From: Marsupella aquatica
Taxonomy: Eukaryota; Plantae; Marchantiophyta
Direction of reading: 5' to 3'
Length of the DNA: 64,000 nucleotides
Assembly (NCBI GenBank): GCA_973895155.1
Contig: OZ316893.1
Coordinates: 20,092,857-20,156,856 of the forward strand
Notes under the pieces: model-generated
Databases searched by the model: none
Seen by the model: only the letters and a program-made list of their open reading frames with translations
What the model was told of the DNA's origin: nothing
Shown: positions 15,182-26,590 of the stretch, one piece after another
How the letters are laid out: every line of letters begins with the position of its first letter
Position numbering within the stretch: the first letter of the stretch is position 1
Translations under genes and position numbers: made by a program

Positions 15182-15717
15182 AGCTCTTCTTCTCTCGTGT
15201 CCCTGTTCCGCTGAGGTCCACTCGAGCCCCAGTTACTTTTGCCGCATGGTCGCATCCAAAGATGACGTGGTTGGTTTCAGTTACCCCATAACCTTACTGT
15301 GGTCAGGAAAGTGTCTCTCATTGTCCTGACTTACACTAGTGATATGATATGTAACGTAAATTAGTTTGTGGACCCCTGGCTACATTTTTTAGGCATTAAA
15401 CCTATCCATAAACCTGCTTAACCCTGGATGGGTGGTGAGTGATTTCGGAAAAACTAACTATGAAACCAAAATTGACGCATGAAACTTTTCCCCGAATCCA
15501 AGCTCTTCTTCTCTCATGTCCTTGTTCCGCTGAGGTCCACTTGAGCCCCCGTTACTTTTGCCGCATAGTCGGATCCAAAGATGACGTGGTTGGTTTCAGT
15601 TACCCCATAACCTTACTGTGGTCAGGAAAGTGTCTCTCACTGTCCTGAGTTACACTAGTGATACGACATGTAAAGTAAATTAGTTTGTGGACCCTCTAGC
15701 TACATTTTTAGGCATTG
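15182..15717 (+). repeat. ~215-bp direct duplication (15182-15397 and 15500-15717)
   Basis: Both copies read agctcttcttctctc...gatgacgtggttggtttcagttaccccataaccttactgtggtcaggaaagtgtctctca...ttttaggcatt with scattered substitutions. Confidence 0.9.
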
Positions 15718-16207
15718 TTCAATAAAAATAATGTATGTAATATTAGCTTTAGCTCAAGTTGTGAGAGGCTATTATGGTACACAATGCTCTGGTAACACAT
15801 ATTATTATGATGAGATAGTTTTACAAATTTTAGTAAAAGCATAGGAGAAATTACCTCATCCAAATGTGATTTTGTTATCTTCTTCATAATGACCAGGAAA
15901 ATGAGGGGTTTTAGCTTGAGTTTTGAGAGGCCAATATGGTCCATAATGCTCTGCTAGCAGGCATTTAAACACTTAAGATCTATGAGAATTGTTAACTAAT
16001 TTTAGAACATTAAATAACCCCAAGGCAGAGTTTGTGTTTACGTTAATTGATTTGGGCATCGGATGGCACTATATTCGACCACTAAAGTGCCATGGCACTC
16101 AATTTGAGTTGAGAAGATTACTTTCTCAAGATCAATTGAGAAATATGATTTTCTCAACAACGAACCCTAATGTTTCTAGTAGCTAAGTCCTGTTTGTAGA
16201 AGATTTC

Positions 16208-16552
16208 TGTTGAGCATAGACGACGATTGCAACGGCAAGCCCATGAACCATCCAACGCACAATAGTCGACACAGAGAGATACGTGGTTCACCTCCACATG
16301 AGGCTACGTCCACGGGAACACACAAGAGCTTTACTGCACTCTAGGCCGACCGGCCATACCAAGCATCCACAGCACAAGCTCTCCCTATCTCTCAACTGGC
16401 TCCATAACAATGAACCTGAGTTCCACCTCTCCAAGCAAACACCGCTTGGTTATAGAGTGTGCACAGCATGACTAACCTAACCAAGTCTGCGACTAAGGTT
16501 AGTCTTAACTACGGTACATTCGTAACTCTAGACCTAAGAGTAAATCCTAACA
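16208..16552 (-). repeat. Copia 3' LTR (345 bp); PPT immediately internal (~16553-16563)
   Basis: tgttgagcatag...aatcctaaca is followed by atctccccctt, which reads AAGGGGGAGAT on the minus strand. Confidence 0.96.
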
Positions 16553-16742
16553 ATCTCCCCCTTGACTCTGGTCTAGGGGAGGGTAAAGACTGCTACCAGT
16601 ATGACTGCTCAGCGGGAAGTTCTGGAAAGAAAACCAAACCAATTTTTTCCCTCTTTATAGAGAGTAGACCAAAACTAAGCCGTAGCCTATACAAGGAATG
16701 AGCAAGAGCATATCTCAGTATCTACACAAATGTTAAGTAACC

Positions 16743-19700
16743 CTACTTGTGAGGCAATTGCAAAACCTGCAACGCATCACGGTGTCTAGAAAAACTCTCC
16801 AAAGGAATCACTTTGGTAGAAGCGTCAGCCGGGTTGAGTTTACCATCAATCTTGACTAGCTCAAACATATTATCAGACACAGCCTGCCTGATAAAATGGT
16901 ACCTAATGTCGATGTGCTTCACTCTGCTGTCCATCACCTGGTTCACAGCAAGGTGGAGTGCACTCTGACTATCACAGTGGAGCTTCACATTCCCCTGTGG
17001 CAATCCCATCTCAGTGATAAGTCTATCCAACCAAATCGCTTCCTTTGCTGCTTCCGCTGCTGCAACATACTCCGCTTCTGTAGTAGACTGAGCAATACAC
17101 TTCTGCAAAGTAGACCTCCAACTTATGCATCCACCTCCAAGTGTGAACACATAACCTGTTGTTGACCTCCTCCGATCCAGATCCTGTGCATAGTCAGCAT
17201 CTACATAGCCCATCAATGATCTAACATTATCAGCATGTGCATCAAACAATAGACCATGATCCACGGTACCCTTCAAATACCGAATAATCCACTTCACTGC
17301 TTCCCAGTGTACCTTCCCTAGATTCGACATGTACCTGCTCACCTTGCCCATAGCCATGGTAAGATCAGGTCTAGTGCAAGTCATCAAATACATGAGACTC
17401 CCCACTGCCTTGTCATACGGAACCTTTGACATCAACCCCTTCTCTGTGTCATTCGTAGGACAGAACGCTGATGATAACTTGAAGTGTGGAGCCAACGGGG
17501 TACTTACTGGCTTGCTATTCCCCATGTTGAACCTTGCAATTACCTTCCTCGCATAACTGCTCTGCGTCAACCATAGCTTGCCAGCCTCCAAGTCCCTAGT
17601 GATCTCCATACCCAAAATCCTCTTAGCTGGCCCTAAGTCCTTCATCTTAAACTCTGCACTAAGCAGTACCTTGAGCTTAACAATCTCAAACCTATCCTTG
17701 GCTGCAATTAGCATGTTATCCACATAAAGTACTAAAACAATGAACCCAAAGACAACATTCTTCACCGGTTTAAGATACACACATGGGTCAAACACACTCC
17801 TGTGAAAGCCTTGTGCACGAATCCAATCATCAAACCGCTTATTCCACTGTCTTGGTGACTGCTTCAACCCGTACAAGGATCTCAGCAATCTGCAAACCAA
17901 ATCCTCTTGCCTTTTCTTCACAAAACCTAGCGGTTGTCTCATGAAGATCACCTCTTCCAAGGTGCCATAGAGGAAAGCTGTGACAATATCCATCTGATCT
18001 AGCAGCAGACCAAACATAACAACAAGCACACACAATAGCCGTATTGTTGAGTACTTAGCAACTGGTGAGAAGACCTCATTGTAATCCACACCTTTTTCCT
18101 GTGTGAATCCCTTGGCTACCAACCTAGCCTTGTAGACCTTCGATCCACCTCCTTTGGACTGATCCTTCAGCTTGTATATCCACTTGCTGTCCACCACTTG
18201 CTGTCCCTTAGGCAGCTTGACAAGCTCCCAAGTTTTATTGTCCTTCAGTGACTGCATCCCCATTTGCATTGCTGCAGTCCACTCCTGCTTCTCCTTTGAA
18301 GCACTTACTTCATGAAATGAAGAAGGTTCACCTTCTTCCAAAATCAACGCATCACCCTCATCGTCAGTAACAAAATCCTCCTCTTGCAACTGAGATGAAT
18401 CAACCCACTGTCCATACCTTGGTGGAGCACGTACAGTGCGACCAGATGCTCTTCTAGCCGATGACTCCGGTTGATCTGCGTGTGCTGGTACAATTTGAAG
18501 CTCAGCAGCATCCACTTGCTGCTCACCAGCATCAACAAACTCCTCTGATTCCTCTGGCACAGGAACCAGCTCCATAATTGTAGCAACTCCTTCTCTCTGG
18601 ACATGCACCTCATAACCAATCTCCCTCTCAACGAGATCCGGGATAGGAGATTTTCCTTTGTCAATACGGGAGACCTGAGTATTCTCCCCCTCCTTCAATA
18701 ATCTGGATTCATTGAAGAAAACATCCCTACTGACAACGAGCTTACAGGCAATAGGATCCCATAGCCTATAGGCTTTCACACCACTCTGGTACCCAAGAAA
18801 AACACATTTCTTGGAGGTAGAATCCAACTTGGTCCTATTCTGCTTCGGTGTGAGAGCATATGCATCACTTCCAAAAACTACCAAGCCATGATAGTCTGCT
18901 TGCCGCTTATAGCGCATCTCAAACGGTGTTTTGAAATTGATAGCACTAGAAGGAGAAAGATTTACCAAATAAACTGTGGTATTAACAACTTCTGCCCAAA
19001 ATTCTTGTGGTAAACCTGATTGGCTCAACATACTCCGTGACCGCTCCAACAATGTCCGATTGAGCCTCTTAGCGACACCATTCTGCTGCGGAATATAAAC
19101 TATGGTGAGATGGCGAGTTATCCCCTGTTCTGAACAGTACTCTTCAAATTCCATTGAAATGTACTCCCCGCCGTTGTCTGACCTCAGACTCTTCACCCTT
19201 GTATCCAAACACTTGACCGTGTTTCCAGTCTGATTCTCCACCTGGGCCTTCCACTTCTTAAAAATGGACAAGACATCAGACTTATGCGTCATGAAATAAA
19301 TCCACACAAATCTTGAGTAATTGTCATTAAATGATACATAGTACAACTTTCCAGAGTGTGAGGGAGTCGGGGATGGACCCCACACGTCACTATATATGTA
19401 CTCAAGAACCACTTTAGAACAATGAGTTCCAACACCAAAAGCACGACGATGCTGCTTTCCAAGAATGCAATGCTCACAGAACTCTAATTTACAAGATTGC
19501 AAATCAGAAATGAGTTCATTCTTCCGTAAGATAGCCAAACCCTTCTCACTCATGTGGCCTAGCCGTGAATGCCACAGTTGAGTCATCTCCTCGTGAGACT
19601 TTGTTACATTGGCCTCTCCACATACAGTATTGCCATGTAACACATATAAATTCTTTTGTCTGCTCCCCTTCAAAATCACTGTCTCTCCCGACCTGACTTA

Positions 19701-21059
19701 AAGTTTACCATCAATAACGCTCCATTGATGACCATTTGAATCCAACACACTGAGTGAAATCAGATTCTTACGCATGCCAGGTACATACCTGACTCCGGAC
19801 ACTGTGCGCACAGCGCCATCAAACATTTGAGTCTTCACAGACCCAATTCCCTCAATTTGACATGAGTGATCATTTCTCATCAGAACTGAACCGTTTGAAA
19901 CAGAGTAAGAACTGAAAAACTCACGAATTTAACAAATATGAAAAGAGCAAGCACAATCAAGAATCCACACATCATCTGCTCTCCTAGATGACGTGCACAG
20001 GGCATACCCCCGACTTCATAAAACATACTCATCATTGAGTAAATCAGCTTCTCCATCAACCCTAGCCACATTTGCCGATGAAGTTTCCGCTGCCTTTCCC
20101 TTACAGTCTCGCTTGAAGTGTCCAACTTGGTTGCACTTCCAACATGTCACCTGCCTCCTCTGAGGGGATTTACCCCTGGACTTAGATCTGGATTTAGATC
20201 TAAATTGGGTTCTATGGTCCCTAGTTGGTCGCTGCATACTCCTCCCACGGTTAACATTGAGGGCAGCACCAGATGATGAAGGCTGTGACGTGATGTGCAT
20301 CTTCTGCTGAAGATCATCACTAAGCAGAGAACTTACCATGTCATTGTATGAAATGGTATCCCTATCACGATGCAACAACACTCGTGATAGGGACTGGTAA
20401 GATGGGGGCAATGAACTAAGAAGTTGCAGAGCCTTCGTCTCATCATTCAAAGTCTCACCAAGGTTTTCCAAGTCAACGACCATGTCATTGAAAGCATCCA
20501 CATGGTCTTGCAACTTCGTACCAGATTCCTTCATCCTGAAACTCATCAGTTTGTAGGAAGTGTAGAGCCGGTCAAATGACAAGTCCTTGCGGTGATACTT
20601 GCTCTGCAATTCCACAAACAAGGACATGCAATCCTTATGTACACCTAACTGCTTGATGATGGGAGGCATGAGATAGAGTGTAACACACCACATTCCCTAC
20701 TCCTGCATGCGGTCCCATTGTTTCTCATCAACATCGTCTTCACGAGGGCTCAGCAGTTGGCCCATCCCTGACGCATAGAGCACTCCCTTCACCTGCTTCT
20801 CCCATAGCAAGTAGTCAGAGCGCCCATCATACTTTGTCACTTCATACTTGGGTCCCCCAAGCTTGAAAGTCCTCATCTTCTTCTTTGGCACTACCGTGAG
20901 CTCCGGTAGTAGTACTGCTTTCTCCACCACACGTCGCATCGGTGATGGTATCGGTGTCACGTGCTCTTCCTCTTGCTCCTCTCTCTGCCCCTCAAACCGC
21001 CGCGATGATCCTCGTGCTTCAAGTTCCACGTCTTCAAAAAACTCCTCCGAATCACTCAT
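16743..21059 (-). pseudogene. Copia gag-pol, disrupted
   Basis: Gag with CWKCNQVGHFKRDC knuckle; GAG-pre-integrase LWHSRLGH...CEHC; integrase RSDNGGEY; RT KARLVAKGF, YGLKQSPRQW, YVDN; RNaseH DADYA, STTEAEY, KHIDIRYHF. Stops and frameshifts occur in gag/PR. Confidence 0.95.
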
Positions 21060-22333
21060 ATGAGAAAATCACAAAAAATGTCGTTTTTCACAACTTCTCA
21101 AAAAACTTGAAACTCAACACCGCCGCGTAGCCCACGAAGCTAGGAGTCCAATACTGAAAACCGAAATCAAAATCAAAATTTGACGGAAAAGTTATTCAAA
21201 TTCGGTCGAGGTGGGTAAAACCTTGGGAAACTCCCTCATTTTGACCACCTGAGGGAATAACCAAAATACCAAGTACAACCCGTCATCGGAATTACAATGT
21301 GATCGGTGCGCCGCATTGCCAACTTCAATGGCTACAACCTCGCCGAAAGAGAACCAAAAAAGTTATCGTTCGACGGACAAAATCTTTGTCAGTCGGTCAA
21401 AAATAGCTCTCTGGTTTTTGGAATATTCTATGACCCTTGTACAGGCCCTGTGGGAATTTTGGAAGAACAATCGAGGGGCTAACACGTGTCCTCGAACCCC
21501 CAAAACCCCCTACCACCCTTCGTCGTCGAAATCTGGTCGCGCGCGCAGAAAATACACACGGCAGAATGTACCCTCGACACCAAACGCAAGATATCTCACT
21601 CGGGTTTTGACGAAATCAAGATCTGATTTCAGATTTGGAAACTAGACTCCGAGACGGTGAAGATCAATATAAGAAGCACCCAAAACGAGGAAAGAACAAG
21701 GGAGAAAAAAATTGGTAAAGATGACAGATTTCTCTCATTTGCCATAGCCAATTTCGAATCAGTTTTTCAAAGAGAAAAAATGGTACCTTGTCAACAACGA
21801 ATGTTGATGAATTGCACTTGGTGCCGTCACCAAGTCCAACAAGGTAATTGATTTTTTTTAGCCTTCCTCTTCCATCAAAGAGCCAATCCCGGACTCAAAA
21901 CAATCGTCTTGCCTCAATCTCTCCGTTGAGTCAAAACACTTGACACTTCTCCCTCCGAGTCGATTGCCACGATAAGAAACCCTGATCAGGCAAAAGAGGA
22001 CTCCATAGCCGGTCAGAAAATCAGAATGCTTCTTTTGCTCCTCCCGTCGTACACGGTACACACTTGGTAACAAATCAGCTACCAAAACAAATAGCTCTTT
22101 GTCGTGACATATAGTATCGTAGCCATAGTGTATCAGAAACATACAAGTCACCGGCAATGCATATGTGCAAGCTGCTAGCAACCAACATGCATAGAAAAAG
22201 TCCAATCACATTCACAGGTGCCAAGAAAAAGCAACTGAGGTGGTATGTACGTAGTGGAGGTGTAAACCTCTGTATCCCCCCCCAGACCACAGCCAAAAGG
22301 CGGGCTGAAGAAAAGTCAGATAGCACGTGGAGC

Positions 22334-22468
22334 ACAGGAAGGGCAAAACCATAACCCTTCTGGCACCTGGGTAAGTTCAGGCCGAAGGCAGAAAAGATGG
22401 TACCCTCCATTGCAATTGTCACACAACAGCATCTGGTCAGCATCATCAATTTGCAAACACACTTTGCA
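22334..22468 (-). other. PHD finger at the integrase C-terminus
   Basis: CKVC-x11-CDNC-x4-HLFC-x14-CPSC (C4HC3), including MLLCD and VPEGLWFC. Confidence 0.93.
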
Positions 22469-25400
22469 AGGGTAGTCCACAGGTGGAATCCAAGTAGAAG
22501 TCACAATGGTGGGATCCAAGTTAGGCAGATGACAAGGGGTGCAATTCTTGACATTGTCAGCAATTGTGCGCCCATCTGCCCCTTGTAACTCTAGCACTCC
22601 AGACGGTCGAATAGCTTTGACCCTGAGAATAGTGCGACTGGTAGAGGTGTCTAGGGTGTCGTTAGCTTGCCGCTGCAAGTACACAAAATCTCCCACTTCA
22701 AACTTCCTGACCTTGGGCTGAAAAGTGCCCCCTCGCGTGTGTGCATAACGCAGTGTGTCCCTGTGTTGTGCAATGGCCAAATTCTCCATGGCCATGGGCA
22801 TAACCCTCCTGAATAGGGCAACCCTCTCAGAGATCACATCAGACCAAGTCACAGCTGAATCCAAGTCCACCACCTGAAGCATGTGAGAAGCAATAGCAGA
22901 AGGTGGAACTGGGTGACAACCAAACAACAAGAAGTAGGGAGAAAAGTTAGACAGTGATGCATGTCTGGACATCCTATACCCCATGGCAATGTAGGGTAAG
23001 GCCAGGTCCCAATCCTCCTTGTTTTTGGTGAGACAGATCTTCCGAAGGCCCTTCTTGCATGTCTGAACCATGCGCTCTGCCAAGCCATCTGCCTGTGGGT
23101 GATCTCGTGATGTCCGGCGATGATCAATGAGAGCCTGATCAAGCAGCTCCTGGAACTCTCCTCTAAACTCTGAGCCCTGGTCAGTGAGACATTCTGCACA
23201 AGCTCCAAAGCGGCTGAGAACTTGTTGCAAGAATGTCTGGCTGGTGCTACAGGAGGTCTTATCCGGCAATGCCACAAGTTCTATCCACTTGGAGAAATGC
23301 TCTATCATGATCATGATGTAGAGATTACCCCAAGATGTGAGGGGTAATTCTCCAGCCAAATCACATGACCAACGATAAAACATGCCCTGAATAGGGAGTG
23401 GATGAAGTGTGGGTTGCCGAGATGTGAAAGAAGTCCTTACCCTATCACACTGCTCACACCGGGCAATAACATCTCGAACCTGGCCATGCATGCCTCTCCA
23501 ATGATAATGGGGGACCAAGAGGCTATAAGTCCTCTTAACACCAAAATGACCAAGCTCAAAATGTACCTTACGGATAAGGCCAACCCTCTCATGAATGGGT
23601 GGAACCACCACTTCCCTGTCTGGCAAGCAGCGCACAAGATGATCTCCCTTCCACAAGTAGCGCTTGGACCTTTGCTGAATTCGGTCTCTCTGGGCAGCAG
23701 TAACATGGGTGGGGTACTCCCCATCCTGCAGAAATCTCAGAGTGTCGCTGTCCTCCCATATGTCCACCACAGGTTGGTCAACAATGTAGCATGGCAGCAA
23801 AGCAAGATAGGTAGATGCATGAAATGTAGGCAGGATGGAAACCTGGTCAAAATCCTGCCGTGCATCTGAGGGATCATCAGAGGCAATCAAAGGGCTGCGG
23901 GACATAGTGTCAGCATTTTGATGTGTCACACCAGGCCTATGAATTACCTCAAAATCATACTCCTGGAGTATGAGTGCCCAACGAGCAAGCTTGCCAGTAA
24001 GCTTGTCGTTGGTCATCAACCACTTCAAGGGCTGGTGGTCGGTGTAGAGAACAAACCTGGTCCCATAGAGGTAGGGTCTGTAATGTATGACAGCCCACAC
24101 AACAGCAAGGCATTCACCCTCATAAGAAGAATAATGACTCTCTGCCTGATTGTTGCTCCTGGATGCATAGGCAATGACGTACTCTTTACCTTCCTCATCA
24201 TGCTGGCCCAGAATGGCACCAATCCCAAGGGCACTCCAATCTGTGTGTAGCACAAAGACCTTGTTGAAATCAGGTCTTCTCAGCACCGGGTATTCTGAGA
24301 GCTTCTCCTTCAAAGTGGCAAATGCTACCTCAGCATCTGTACTCCATGTCCAAGTCACATTCTTTTTCAACAAAGCATACAATGGGTGTGCAATGGTACT
24401 GAAATCTTTGATGTAGATCCAGTAGTAATTGCACAACCCAATAAAACTCCTCAAAGTGTGAACATCGGTAGGAGTGGGCATTTCCAAGATGGATACCACC
24501 TTGGCCCAGTGAGCCATGGTTCCATTTGGAAGAATGCGATGCCTAAGATATACTACTGATCTGACAGCAAATTCACACTTCTTGGGGTGTATCTTTAGGT
24601 TCACCTTCTTAAGCCTCATGAATAGCTCCTCAAGGTCAAGTAGATGCTGGTCAAATCCTTTGTTGTGGACCAACACATCATCAATGTAGCATTTCAAAAA
24701 CTCAGCACCTTGAAGAACCTGGTCCATGACTCTTTGAAAGAATATGGGCGCATTCTTCAAGCCAAATGGCATCACCAACCACTCCCATAGTTGGTTACTA
24801 CCATGGAAAGCTGTTTTCTTGCGGTCCTTTGCAAGCAGCAAAATCTGGTTGAAGCCTTGCCTTAGATCCACAAGAGTGAAGATGTCTGAGTCTCCAATGC
24901 TGTCAAATAGCTCCTCTGGCCGCGGCATGGGGTACCTGTCATGGGGTGTGACCAGGTTCAATGGCCTGTAGTCCCCACACATGCGCTTCTCTGTCCACAA
25001 TCCACTGGAATCCTTCTTTGCTGGCATCACTGTAGCTGCCGCAAAATCTGATGTAGATGGCTGAATAAGACCAGCTTCATAAAGCTCTTGGCACCTCTCA
25101 TCCACCAGCTGCCACTCATGCTTACTCAAACGGTGTCTCCGCCTAAAGATAGGTGTTTCATCAGCCAACTCAATGGAGAACTGCATAGTCTTGCACTTAC
25201 CCAAGTCCTTCATAGAGAAAGCAAACACATTCTCATGCTTGAGGAGCAAATTCAGCAGCTGGTCCTTCTGTCTTTTACTCAGGTGGTTGCCCATGATAAA
25301 TGTGTAGTTGGCAACACTAGGAATAGGACCTGATGTACTCGTGCTTGAAGAGCCAGAAGTGCCAGCCTCTCCACTGTCCAAGCTGCTAGCATGCTGCTGA

Positions 25401-25639
25401 TAAGGTGATGAGGCCTCTCCAAGGCCTGCTGTATCTGTTGCTCTGGTCTGATCCACACCATGAAACTCAGAAATAATGTCAGCCACATTACAAGGGACCT
25501 CCTCCCCCCCAACACTTGGACTGAAGCGGTGAGTGTTGAATAGAGGTAAGTGCACCTGGTCTGGATGCCATGTAGCAGCACTGTGGAGGGGTAGGGCTGG
25601 AGCTCCTAATGCTGGAGGAATGTACATCTGAAAAAGGAT

Positions 25640-26590
25640 GCAAGTGACCAGAAGCCAAGTGAGAGCATTGAGATCCATTACCCTGCCAAGTAAAGCATTC
25701 CTGGCCAGCCTGGTGATTTTGGTGTGACCTGTAGTACCGGGTTGGAAGCCCATAGCCCGTTCTCTCTCCTCAGGACTAGGTTCATCCCATGTACCGGTAG
25801 AATGTCGATAAACCAGCCCAGGACCATCACCCTGAAAAGCATGTGCACCTAGAAAGGACACAAATGTAGGCCAAGCAGCACGGGGTTGTCCAATGGTATT
25901 AGCTGGATACCAAGGTGCTGGCTCTTGCCATGTAACTGGTTGGCAAGAACTGTCAGGATCCAAAATCTGGTCCACTGTAAGGTTAGTGTCCCTGGATGTG
26001 TGGTGAAGAGCCATCTCCAGCAAGGAAGGTGGTGCAAGGTTAGTCCAAAAGTTACGAAGACGATGTGCATAAGAACCACAGTGCACTGCATCAATGAGAA
26101 GGGGTGGTCCCAAGTAGTGCTAGACCACACTAAAATCCTCTTTGACCTGTGGACGCTGGTCAAACTGAGATGGAGTATTCTCAATGATATAACCAACAGG
26201 AGGATAAAGGGATTGAGCCTAGGTGAGAATCTGAACCAATGCTGTGAAAAGGCCAGAACGAGAATCATGTAGTCCAGCACCGTGACTAGCAGTTGAAAAC
26301 CCTTGGCATTCCCAACCAGCTATGATCAAATCAAGGGAGCCAAGAAGGGTTAAGTGCCGGTGCTAGACAAGCTGGATATCTGAAGGAAAGAAAGAAAATG
26401 CAGACTTCCATGCACTGTGTGGAAACTGCTAAGGAAATCGCTCTGAAAATTACAGCAGACGGGATTCAGCCACTTGCCTTGCACCTGGATCAATATCCAC
26501 ATAGATGTACTGCTTCACCACCATGCCAGACTGTAGGAGAGCTTCCAGGCCTGTAGAAATGCCACCAAAAAGCTCAAGCAATGTAAGGCC
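25640..26590 (-). other. DNMT3-like C5 cytosine methyltransferase domain within the polyprotein frame
   Basis: Reading through in-frame stops gives motif I LELFGGISTG, II YVDID, IV DLIIAGWECQGFS, V DSRSGLF, VI YIIENT, VIII IDAVHCGSYAHRLRNFWTNL, IX EERERAMGF and X RLARNALLGR. Confidence 0.9.

Noticed and set aside
26113-26452. Stop codons repaired by U-to-C RNA editing or a variant genetic code
   Set aside because: Such editing is organellar in plants, and host genes here use TAA and TGA as normal stops. Transition decay explains these stops.
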